Shown here: piece by piece, positions 51,501 through 62,828 of the stretch
How the letters are laid out: each line of letters begins with the position of its first letter
Position numbering within the stretch: position 1 is the stretch's first letter
Source: Phoronis australis
Lineage: Eukaryota; Animalia; Phoronida
DNA: 64,000 nucleotides
Assembly (NCBI GenBank): GCA_002633005.1
Contig: NMRA01000442.1
Coordinates: 245,074 to 309,073, forward strand
Reading direction: 5' to 3'
Position numbers and translations under genes: made by a program
The notes under the pieces: model-generated
The model's input: the letters and a program-made list of their open reading frames with translations, nothing else
What the model was told of the DNA's origin: nothing
Database searches by the model: none

Positions 51501-54500
51501 AATGAAAATTATACGGCTGAAACAAGATATAAATGTGTGCAGTTTTAGTTTTTTTTTTGGGGGGTTGGCTCAGATCCAATTTCATTAGTGTCAAATTCGG
51601 AACACAGCACAATATCGTAACGGAACTATGGCTAAGTATAGGCTCTCCCGCGATATCCCAGGCGACCGGCAGTGGCGCTGCGCACTACGACTCCGTTTCC
51701 GTCGTCTGCTTCACTGTGCAATGAAGAAAATTACTTCATTTTTTAAAGAAAATGGAATCTGCTGGTAAGATGTGAATTTTAATCGAAGCCTTAGTGAATC
51801 ACTCAGAAACTCTCTTTGTCAAACCTTAACTTAAGACGATTTCCAAAGTAATCGCGTCATATTGCCAACACAAAAAACGGACTTGGTCTTTTGGGCAATT
51901 GAAGACTATTTTAAATACAACAAATTTGTTACGAACTGATTGCACAAAATATAAAACGTGTAATAAGCATTACAAAAAGAAGTAGGTTTCGCGCGCAAAC
52001 GCTGTGGATCACAAACAAGTAGGTCTCTTAGTAACTAATTAGGTGTTAAATCGTGGTGGTGCAGTGGTAAAGCACATGCGCACTATCCGCCACGTCGTGA
52101 GTTCCGAGTCTGTGGTACTTGCAGTTTTTCCAGTTTGATACGTTCTCCGTGTCTTTTTTTGTCTTTTATCTTGGATTATACTTCAGGAATCAAGGAAAAT
52201 ACTTGATTTTTAAAGGAAAAAACAGAAAAAAATTTCTGGGCCTCCACTCATTTGGTGCTATGCGCATCTACAATCGTGCTTTGCGCAAATGTTTACAGAC
52301 AAAATGTTGGCCCCCCCTTGTGATATCCTAGATCCGCCACTGCGTTCACAGCACTGTTAGTGCCAGTGATGAACAAAAGAACAGCAGTTTTGTCTGTTAT
52401 TTTTTGTTTGAAAGTGATGAATAACGAATGACATTGGTTTTTTCCTGGAGTAGTATATCAGAGTGTACCTGTTACCTAAGTAATGTAGGTGTACACAGTT
52501 AGGACCTGCTTCACTACCTGGCGCCCTATGAGGTGACTTCTTGGCAGTTTTTACTTTCACCAAAGCCGGTGCACTTGGCAGAGAAAACTAGTCAATACCT
52601 ATGCTGGCAATATAATTTATTATAATTTTAATGCTCAAAGGCTAAAGCAGAAATGTCCTTTGCCATTACAGGTCTGGTCTCCAGCGTGTTGACTTCATGC
52701 TTTGGGTCCCGTCCCGTTATACTTGGCGGAATTATCCTCATCGCTGCAGCCTATGGCTCACTGGCATTCGCTACCCATATCATTCACGTGCTAGTTTTCT
52801 TCAGTATACCATTTGGTATTGGTGTTGGGTTGGTGTACACATCAACCATTGTACTGATATCAAAGTATTTTGTAAAGTACCGATCGACTGCACAAGGTGT
52901 GTCCATGGCCGGTTACTCACTCGCTGGCATAACCGTTCCATGGCTAGTCAGGTACAAAACCGCACAATATTTTTAAATTCAAGTCAAATAATCTGTTTCA
53001 CTGGGATCCATGTTGATTCCCAGCAACGACTATTTTGTAAATTTTGAATACCATAACAAGGGAAGAAGTTCCTGAAATAACTGTAAAATACATCTAAAGT
53101 AACATCAATACAAAATCACCTCTTAAATGCTAGTTTATCAAAACTGTCCTGTCCTCTATAACCGTCCCTATCCCTATATCTTTCTAGTGCAATCAAAGAC
53201 GAATTCGGTTTTCGGGGCACCATGGTTATTATTGGTGGAATCCTTCTTCATACAGCTATTCCGGCAAGCCTGTTCCGACCACCAGAATACTGGGAAACAG
53301 AAATTGACATGAAACATAGAAAAACAAAGAAACACAACTTAATCGAACAGCCTTTGATTGACAACACACAGACAAACCACCAAACACCTGGTGGTCAACT
53401 TTCAAGAAGTCATGACACTGTTTTGGAACCAACTGGTCGAAAAGTAAAACCTGAACGACGGTTCTTTTTGAGTATGATGGATTTGTCAGATGTAAATAGT
53501 TCACATCATACAGAGATGGGTTCGATGATAATTCTAGGACATGAAGTTCGGGCAAGCAAATTAGAAATAGGCTACTTGGAAGAACAAGCCAAGGAGATGG
53601 AACAAGTTGAGGCTAAAATGCATTGGAAACAATTGCTGCTTCATAGACTGAAAGCATCCATCCAGTGGTCGGTGCTAAAAGACGTGCCATTTCTCATCCA
53701 CCTAGTGGTCGCCGGATGCGGCTTCTTGACCTTCCAGATCACGTTCACTGTGTTGCTGGCGCACTCCGTAGACTTGGGATTCAGCCAGAAGGATGCCTAC
53801 TTCCTGATAACAGTAGCCTGCCTCGGAGAGTTCCCTGCTCGGATCCTCCTCAGTATTGTGGCAGACAAGTGGGCGGCGACAAAATGGGGTCATAGATTTC
53901 AGGTCATGTCTGTGTGCCTCTGTATTACTGGAGCTGGTGTATTTGTGATTGCTTTCGCTACGTCATACGCACACCTAGTTGTGGGTTCAGCAGCAGTGGC
54001 ATTCTTCTGTGGTGGGGGATTTCTCGCCATCCAAATAGATGTACTTAGGGATGCCATAGGGCTGGAGAAACTGACCAATGGTGGATTGGGACTGAACTTG
54101 TTTTTTCACGCTGTGACAACGAGTTCAAGTGCTATATTCGTGGGTAAGCAGGCATCAAGAAAGTGCATATCAGATATTTCCAATACAATGAGGAATTAGC
54201 ACTCAAGATTTTATGTGATACACCATGGACTTAGTGCAGTTTGTTAAAGACCCCTGGTCCTAGATGTTGCAAAAACCTTGTTTCTGGTGCGAGTTAGGTG
54301 ATCTTATCCTTTCGAAATGACCAGGTGAATTAGGCAAATTTAATGTGGCATTTCTGGTTCAAAACTTTTAAGTTTAGAACTTGTTAGTAGTTAAAACTAC
54401 TAACAAATTCTATCGTCAAATCCATCTTGATTTCCATCCCTAGACAAGGATTTATGTTTAATTCAACATGATGGCTAGGATGTCTCCACTGACGATGACA

Positions 54501-55318
54501 CCCCCCGAAATTTAAGGGGTACGACAATACAGATCATGAATGATAAACAGAGAAAGTCAAAGATCCTCGCCATATACATATTGAAAGCATAAATCACTGG
54601 TGATCCTAGTCAATGTCAATAACAGTTACCGCAGTCTTTTTTTACTTGCATGCAACATTCAAATGAAGTAAAATGGCCGGTGTAATTGTCATTTTATTTC
54701 TTTAGTAAAAATATTGAACTCCGACCGTGACCATCTCAGTCAGTCAGTGTGTTTGTTCAGTTCAGTCTATCACACTGTAAAACATGACAATTACGCCAAT
54801 ACCACCACTCTAGTGTAATAAACTAATTCAGCAAAAATGAAAAAACATTTTCAAATAACAACTATACGAAAGTCAGCTAAGAAATGACAAAGTGTGCAAA
54901 ATAACATGGAATACTATGGGCAACTTGTAGGTTGAAAATTTCTGTTGCTTGCTTGAGTCATGTCATAAGTGTTTTTATCTTATTACGAACTTCACAACCA
55001 ACTTAAGTATAGAAACCTTTCACAGTAATGTGAATTTAAACTGAGAATGATTTAAAAACGACAGTCCTAAATGTTATACTAGTAACAAATTACTATCTAA
55101 CTACAAAAAACGAACAAGCCTACTGTCTGCCCATGCTTATGAAATACTATGTTAATTTCATAACTACATGAAGTGCATTCTTTTCAGGGTTGCTCAGAGA
55201 CAGGCTAGGAAGTTACAAGTTGCCCTATGTCATGACTGGCTGTCTTGCCATTGCTGGGGGTCTTCTGACGTGGCTGCAGCTGCCAGCCAGGAAGTGGAGA
55301 CAATCCCAGAATGCTTAG
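48510..55318 (+). CDS. SLC16: SLC16/monocarboxylate transporter family protein, gene 5 (~538 aa)
   Basis: Exons 48510-48615, 49503-49646, 52672-52951, 53188-54143, 55188-55318 (1617 nt, in frame, GT-AG). Confidence 0.9.
48825..49015 (-). mobile_element. Short HINE-family fragment in gene 5 intron 1 (related piece at ~35785-35935 in gene 4)
   Basis: AAAATTGCCACTAGAGGGCACAGCAGTAG unit followed by the CCACATGTAAATATGTGGGTGCATAAAAA terminal hairpin. Confidence 0.6.
49918..50397. mobile_element. MITE with 13-bp TIR and 6-bp TSD (hAT-like termini)
   Basis: TATCTG|CAGGGCTTGGAAT ... ATTCCAAGCCCTG|TATCTG; absent at the paralogous site in gene 4 intron 2. Confidence 0.88.
51403..52342. mobile_element. 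Non-autonomous DNA transposon with G-rich termini
   Basis: CATAGGCAGATTGAGGGGGGG ... CCCCCCCTTGTGATATCCTAGATCCGCCACTG; flanks TGTTC/CGTTC; absent from gene 4 intron 2. Same family starts at 57797. Confidence 0.75.
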
Positions 55319-55936
55319 GACCAGTGTGCAACAATATTGTGACCTGTAAGGTTATGTAGGACAACATGGACAAGCCAAATGTCTATAAGACTATAGACTT
55401 TACAGGAAATGGATACCTTCACCACCAAGGGTCACACTGCTTTAAATATCTTTTAAAATACAACTCGTTAACCCATTAAACCATATATTAATCAAACCCT
55501 CGATGGTCACAGAAATGTACTTTGTGCACGAACAATGTAAAGCCTTCCTGTTTTGCAGTCACGTAACCATACAAATAAACATTCAGAAAACCTTGTTACT
55601 ACAATATAACACACGTGGCATGTCATACACAACAAATCTCACTCACGCCAGCAACACAGTCAGTCATGCATCAATCATTGGGTCCAAAATACCAGCTATT
55701 GTGTAGCATATACAGTAGCTGTCAATAAGAGTGCGTTCCCAAATTCTATAAGATTTTGTAGCAACAGTTTTCAACCAACAAGGGATGATTTTCTTCAGAT
55801 TCGCGTCACATTTAGATGAAGTTAGGTGAACTTTGACAAAATTCATTGACTATTTGAAAACTACTGTATTTACCAATTCAAACAAGAGGCAGCAACTGAC
55901 ATCATGATGACAAAAGTAAAGCGTAAACAGACTCAC

Positions 55937-57607
55937 CCTTGCTGCATGGCAGACGGAGGATGGTATAGCCAGGGCAAAAAGCGTGCAATGGCGCGGTTGT
56001 CCCGCTGGCGGGCGCGCGTAAACTCCAGAGCAATGTACTGGGCAATGCCCGATTTCAGTTGACCTCCGAGTGTGTCCTCATTGAGACTGCTAGCCTTCAT
56101 GTTATTCTAATGGTAGAAGAAATGTGATCTATCTTCATGTTGTTTTGAAGGTAAAAGAAGTCAGGTGATCTTATTTTCATGCTGCTTTGAAGTTGGAAGT
56201 AGTCATGGGATCTTATTTTCATGTTGTTTTGAAGGTGGAAGAAGTTGAGTGGTCTTATTTTTATCTTTTCTGAACTGGGAAGAAGCATTAGGGTCTTATT
56301 GCACGATTCCCTGAAGGAGGACGAACCAATGTGAGTTTATTTTCATGTCACTTTGAAGGTGGAAAAAGCAATGCTAGTCTCATTTTCATGTTTATCCAAT
56401 GAATTTGAGTACCATTAACAATTATCGAGATTCCCAAAAGCATAGAAGGCCTGCTAGAAGATGATAAAATGTTCTAATAAACATAGTGAAAATCAGCCAA
56501 TCAATTACAGAGAAATTTTTCTTGCATAACATCCAGCAAAGTCAGGCAAGAATGTATCCCACAATGTGTTGTTCATGTAAACTGTTTACATTTGACATTT
56601 CAATAAGGTCAGTTTCAGCAGTTTCAATGCCCACCTTGACCTTGGTGAGGGTGTGAAGATCAGCGATGAACTCTAGGCACTCTCCCACATGATGACGCAT
56701 CACCTCACAGGCGCTGGTACTTATCAGTACTTGAGAATGATGGTTGTAGGTCAGAGGGATCTCTGGAGTGATGTTGGTCGGGCAAAGCGTGCCCCCTGCG
56801 TCCATGACAACAAACTGAAATATGACAGAAGTTTTGTTGTTAAGTTTGCTTGAGAACAGTCGATGACTCAAACTTGAATCCTCCTGTAACGTTTTCACTG
56901 TTTCGTTGTTACAAACTGGAACAAATTTGTTGAAGAAACATTGGTTTTACAGCCTAAGAGTTCATTTTTGGGATTGCTGTTGGATGGGATACACTTTTTG
57001 AAATTATTAGCTTTGACCAGGGCTACAAAACAACAAGATCTATAGTAGTTTGTGATTTTATTAAAATCACCAATTTTCACTGTTGTCTGCCAGACATTAA
57101 CTGAAATCAAGGTTGCAATGTTACCATTTAAATAGGCTTAAAATACTCTGCCAATTATCCACCAGCATTTTAGTTCCGCCAGCAGAATGTTAGACATCAA
57201 CTGCGGGAGTTCCAGGTTCAATTCTGCACCGAGACTGATCTCAGATCTTTTTTCTGGCTCAGAATGGCTTTAAGGCCTCAACTGACAGATTAGTCACTCC
57301 CTGACCTAGCATTCAGTCACAAAATTGGCCTACTTCCAGCCATATTGCTTTTACTCATCCAGTCTTCAGTAACAGTTCTTCCCCAGACCAGAAATCAATT
57401 CTGATCGCAATAAGGTACACGCCGAGACAAATCCTAAATACAATGTTTATAAATCAACAAAGGGGGATAATTTGGACTCGAATACACCTCCACGTATTTT
57501 ACCTGGATCAACATGAGAATGTTCTCGTCCGGGCAAGACGTCTTGAACTTGAGTGCTTGGACAAGCTCAAGCACAACGCCTCTGCACAAGGTTAATTTGT
57601 CGCGGTC
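55937..57607 (-). CDS. UNC79: UNC79 homolog, three internal exons (second copy, probably alternative haplotype)
   Basis: Exons 57503-57607 (DRDKLTLCRGVVLELVQALKFK...), 56635-56814 (FVVMDAGG...LEFIADLHTLTKVK) and 55937-56106 (NNMKASSLNEDTLGGQLKSGIAQYIALEF...RDNRAIARFLPWLYHPPSAMQQG), all with GT-AG sites. They match my recollection of the UNC79 C-terminal region. Confidence 0.8.
56096..56392. repeat. ~42 bp minisatellite (~7 degenerate units) overlapping a UNC79 splice acceptor
   Basis: Units such as TTCATGTTGTTTTGAAGGTGGAAGAAG...TCTTATT. One unit fewer in the duplicate at ~59376-59630. Confidence 0.75.
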
Positions 57608-57796
57608 CTGAGAAAGATTTCAAATAAATATTTGGAAGGTTAATTCTCAAGATTCATGACATAAGCACAAGTGTAACAACTACAATGTATATGAGGAACT
57701 ATTTCAGAATTTCTGATGGCAAAATGGTGACCTTGACCAATCTCTTCCCAACTTGCACCTGAATGACCAAGAAAGTTGCCATGGAGACACCACATT

Positions 57797-57864
57797 CATA
57801 GGCGGATTTAGGGGGGGGCCCAGGGGGCCCGGCCCCCCCCCCCCCTTGGCTGCCGCAAAAAAAA
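57797..57864 (+). mobile_element. Left end of the G-rich-terminus transposon family, running into the N-gap
   Basis: CATAGGCGGATTTAGGGGGGGG...CCCTTGGCTGCCGCAAAAA resembles 51403-51450; not present at the equivalent site (61019) of the duplicate. Confidence 0.7.
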
Positions 57865-58709
57865 NNNNNNNNNNNNNNNNNNNNNNNNNNNNNNNNNNNN
57901 NNNNNNNNNNNNNNNNNNNNNNNNNNNNNNNNNNNNNNNNNNNNNNNNNNNNNNNNNNNNNNNNNNNNNNNNNNNNNNNNNNNNNNNNNNNNNNNNNNNN
58001 NNNNNNNNNNNNNNNNNNNNNNNNNNNNNNNNNNNNNNNNNNNNNNNNNNNNNNNNNNNNNNNNNNNNNNNNNNNNNNNNNNNNNNNNNNNNNNNNNNNN
58101 NNNNNNNNNNNNNNNNNNNNNNNNNNNNNNNNNNNNNNNNNNNNNNNNNNNNNNNNNNNNNNNNNNNNNNNNNNNNNNNNNNNNNNNNNNNNNNNNNNNN
58201 NNNNNNNNNNNNNNNNNNNNNNNNNNNNNNNNNNNNNNNNNNNNNNNNNNNNNNNNNNNNNNNNNNNNNNNNNNNNNNNNNNNNNNNNNNNNNNNNNNNN
58301 NNNNNNNNNNNNNNNNNNNNNNNNNNNNNNNNNNNNNNNNNNNNNNNNNNNNNNNNNNNNNNNNNNNNNNNNNNNNNNNNNNNNNNNNNNNNNNNNNNNN
58401 NNNNNNNNNNNNNNNNNNNNNNNNNNNNNNNNNNNNNNNNNNNNNNNNNNNNNNNNNNNNNNNNNNNNNNNNNNNNNNNNNNNNNNNNNNNNNNNNNNNN
58501 NNNNNNNNNNNNNNNNNNNNNNNNNNNNNNNNNNNNNNNNNNNNNNNNNNNNNNNNNNNNNNNNNNNNNNNNNNNNNNNNNNNNNNNNNNNNNNNNNNNN
58601 NNNNNNNNNNNNNNNNNNNNNNNNNNNNNNNNNNNNNNNNNNNNNNNNNNNNNNNNNNNNNNNNNNNNNNNNNNNNNNNNNNNNNNNNNNNNNNNNNNNN
58701 NNNNNNNNN

Positions 58710-61019
58710 AAGGGTCACACTGCTTTAAATATCTTTTAAAATACAACTCGTTAACCCATTAAACCATATATTAATCAAACCCTCGATGGTCACAGAAATG
58801 TACTTTGTGCACGAACAATGTAAAGCCTTACTGTTTTGCAGTCACGTAACCATACAAATAAACATTCAGAAAACCTTGTTACTACAATATAACACACGTG
58901 GCATGTCATACACAACAAATCTCACTCACGCCAGCAATACAGTCAGCCATGCATCAATCATTGGGTTCAAAATACCAGCTATTGTGTAGCATATACAGTA
59001 GCTGTCAAAAATAAGAGTGCGTTCCCAAATTCTATAAGATTTTGTAGCAACAGTTTTCAACCAACAAGGTTTCTTCAGATTCGCTTCACATTTAGATGAA
59101 GTTAGGTGAACTTTGACAAAATTCATTGACTGTTTGAAAACTACTGTATTTACTAATTCAAACAAGAGGCAGCAACTGACATCATGATGACAAAAGCAAA
59201 GCGTAAACAGACTCACCCTTGCTGCATGGCAGACGGAGGATGGTATAGCCAGGGCAAAAAGCGTGCAATGGCGCGGTTGTCCCGCTGGCGGGCCCGCGTG
59301 AACTCCAGAGCAATGTACTGGGCAATGCCCGATTTCAGTTGACCTCCAAGTGTGTCCTCATTGAGACTGCTAGCCTTCATGTTATTCTAATGGTAGAAGA
59401 AATGTGATCTATCTTCATGTTGTTTTGAAGGTAAAAGAAGTCAGGTGATCTTATTTTCATGCTGCTTTGAAGTTGGAAGAAGTTGAGTGGTCTTATTTTT
59501 ATCTTTTCTGAACTGGGAAGAAGCAATAGGGTCTTATTGCACGTTTCCCTGAAGGAGGATGAACCAATGTGGGTATATTTTCATGTCACTTTGAAGGTGG
59601 AAAAAGCAATGCTAGTCTCATTTTCATGTTTATCCAATGAATTTGAGTACCATCAACAATTATCGAGATTCCCAAAAGCATAGAAGGCCTGCTAGAAGGT
59701 GATAAAATGTTCTAATAAACATAGTGAAAATCGGCCAATCAATTAGAGAGAAATTTTTCAGGCAAGAATGTTTCCCACAATGTGTTGTTCATGTAAACTG
59801 TTTACATTTGACACTTCAATAAGGTCAGTTTCAGCAGTTTCAATGCCCACCTTGACCTTGGTGAGGGTGTGAAGATCAGCGATGAATTCTAGGCACTCTC
59901 CCACATGATGGCGCATTACCTCGCAGGCGCTGGTACTTATCAGTACTTGAGAATGATGGTTGTAGGTCAGAGGGATCTCTGGAGTGATGTTGGTCGGGCA
60001 AAGCGTGCCCCCTGCGTCCATGACAACAAACTGAAATATGACAAAAGTTTTGTTGTTAAGTTTGCTTGAGAACAGTCGATGACTCAAACTTGAATCCTCC
60101 TGTAACGTTTTCACCGTCTGTTTCGTTGTTACAAACTGGAAACAAATTTGTTGAAGAAACAACGGTTTTACAGCCTAAGAGTGCATTTTTGGGATTGCTT
60201 TTGGATGGGATAGACTTTTTTGAAATTATTAGCTTTGACTAAGGCTACAAAACAACAAGATCTATAATTGTTGTTAGCGATTTTATTAAAATCACCAATT
60301 TTCGCTGTTGTCTGCCAGACATTAACTGAAATCGAGGTTGCTAACGTTACCACTTAAATAGGCTTAAAATACTCTGCCAATTATCTACCAGGATTTTAGT
60401 TCTGCCAGCAGAATGTTAGACTGCAACTGCGAGAGTTCCAGGTTCAATTCTGCACAGAGACTGATCTCAGATCTTTTTTCTCGCTCAGAATGGCTTTAAG
60501 GCCTCAACTGACAGACTAGTCACTCCACCTAGCATTCAGTCACAAAATTGGCCTACTTCCAGCCATATTACTTTTACTCATCCAGTCTTCAGTAACAGTT
60601 CTTCCCCAGTCCAGAAATCAATTCTGATCGCAATAAGGTACACGCTGAGACAAATCCTAAATACAATGTATATAAATCAACAAAGGGGGATAATTAGGAC
60701 TCGAATACACCTCCACGTATTTTACCTGGATCAACATGAGAATGTTCTCGTCCGGGCAAGACGTCTTGAACTTTAGTGCTTGGACAAGCTCAAGCACAAC
60801 GCCTCTGCACAAGGTTAATTTGTCGCGGTCCTGAGAAAGATTTCAAATAAATATTTGGAAGGTTAATTCTCAAGATTCATGACATAAGCACATGTGTAAC
60901 AACTACAAGGTATGTGAGGAACTATTGCAGAATTTCTGATGGCAAAATGGTGACCTTGACCAATCTCTTCCCAACTTGCACCTAAATGACCAAGAAAGTT
61001 GCCATGGAGACAGCACATT
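58710..61019. repeat. Near-identical duplicate of 55427-57796 across an N-gap
   Basis: Collinear alignment throughout with scattered SNPs and small indels; the exon differences I checked are synonymous. Confidence 0.9.
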
Positions 61020-62828
61020 TTAAAGTCCTGAAGAACCCCAGAAAAACAAATCCCTGATAAGATTTATATGAATTTGTCATATATCACGTTTTTTCAGTCT
61101 GCAAAACGATTTTGTGAATTGTTTTTAAATTGATCCACTTTCGGAAATTGGTTATCAAATAAAATTGATGATATTGTTTTACTATCAATATACTTTTCTT
61201 TTTTCCTCAATTTTACTAAAACGACATGGTCATGTGGCCCAATTAATGGTCGATAGGTGAAATGTCAAAAATCAAACTTTATATAGGCTTTCTACTAAAG
61301 CTAGATACTTGGCTAAATATGCAGACTTGTTGATAAGGTCTAAATTAACATAACCATTTGGTGTACGTTCATAAGCAAGTCATTGATTAATAAGCTGGGA
61401 CATATCAGGGGCTCTAACCTGAAATAAATTGAAGCAACTGCTGATAAGAGGGTTTTTAATAACATCATGAGGGTTAGTGGTAGTAGTATTTATGGTAATG
61501 GTGATGGTGGTAGACTGAAGAGTCCTTCTGACACGTCTATTTATTTGGCACATTATCCACAAAACTGTAGATTTTAACTCAGAAAAGTATAGATTTTCTT
61601 AAAGTGGGAACCTTGCAAAATTTTATTTTTGACTTGACACCACATGACCAGGCCTTTTTCATAAAACTTACTAAAAAAAGAAAGATACATTCACAGCAAA
61701 ACAAGGATATCAAAAACATGGCCAAATTCTATTTGACACAAATGCTTGAGATGAAATCTCAAAACGGTTACAGTTTCCTAAATTATCATTCAATTTCCAT
61801 TGATGGAAATTTTGAGTTTTTTCATAACCCCTCATGCAAAAGTGAAGCATTTCAAACAAAATTTATAAAAGCATTTTGGAGAACAGTACATAAAGCATAT
61901 CTGAAAGTTTCATACGAACACTTCGGAGATACAATGTTCTGAAGTAAGCGAACTATGGCACTTTTCTAGGGCCCTATATAACCTTGATATTCTTTATTTT
62001 GTGTATCATCCCAAACACTATGGAGTGCAACAACTACAGCTATTGGTAAAAATTCTCCAGTCTGGGCAATCTCTAAAATTTGGGACACCGAAATTCAAGT
62101 CGAAATTGAGTTTTCTTGAATTCTGAATATTGGGCCATGAGCAATTTTGGCATTCATCATATTTTTCACTTGCAGACACTGTCTACTTGTTTGTATCAAC
62201 CGAATCTGAAAATAAACTATATGTGATTCAAAAAATCCTTGAAGATGGGCACCAGTTAGACATTTTCAAGCGTCCCATAGTGTGTAACATTGATGTGAAT
62301 GGCCTATTTCTTTGGTACAAGCTCTGAGCTAGAGTATAATAATCAACTTTTCACTGTCCCAAACTGGAAACTTTTATCTCAGATACAACTAAGCAAAATA
62401 AAATGAAAGACATTTAATTCACAACCAATGTTTGTGGGACAAAGAAGGCATACTAACTGGCTGGAATGAGTTGATTGGCAAGTTGGAACTATCCAATAAG
62501 GTCACTTCAGTGACGGAGGGCATTACAATTACGTAAAACACAACAACTGAGACAAAGTGTGTAGTGTATTGACAACAAAAGATCAGAAACAGTAATTGCA
62601 AACTGATCGTAGACGTGCTTAATCCCAGAATACCTTACAGTACAAACTACAAACTACAGTGCCATCTACTGTACAACGTGGAACTACTGATACAGTACAA
62701 AGTGCTCACAAGCTCACCTTGCTGAAAGCCCGATTACACCAAGTACATATGTCAAGAAGAGCCTGGAGCTTGAAAGAACAATTCTGTATGGTGAAACTGA
62801 GTAGCTTGGAGAATGGCTCTAACATGGA
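59217..62828 (-). CDS. UNC79: UNC79 homolog (NALCN channelosome subunit), four internal exons; gene continues beyond these exons on both sides
   Basis: Exons 62718-62828 (SMLEPFSKLLSFTIQNCSFKLQALLDICTWCNRAFSK), 60726-60830, 59851-60030 and 59217-59386. They splice in frame (phases 0,0,0, ending phase 2) to ...RAFSK-DRDK...LIQ-FVVMDAG...TKVK-NNMK...LPWLYHPPSAMQQG. Confidence 0.87.
61021..61975. repeat. Interspersed repeat (probable non-autonomous DNA transposon), fragments also near 4240-4370, 10930-11000, 32200-32375, 42690-42930
   Basis: Shared blocks TTTCATA(A/G)CCCCTCATGCAAAA...GAACAGTACATAAAGCATA and AATTTTACTAAAA(C/T)GAC(A/G)TGGTCATGTG(G/A)CCCAATTA. Confidence 0.5.

Noticed and set aside
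25623-55318. Genes 3-5 as mere haplotype duplicates
   Set aside because: Their introns are visibly more diverged than the UNC79 duplicate pair, with different TE insertions and first exons; real paralogs are favoured, though read depth should confirm
57699-58746. Three 310-340 aa ORFs in the ORF track
   Set aside because: They consist of the N-gap (57865-58709) and are not coding evidence
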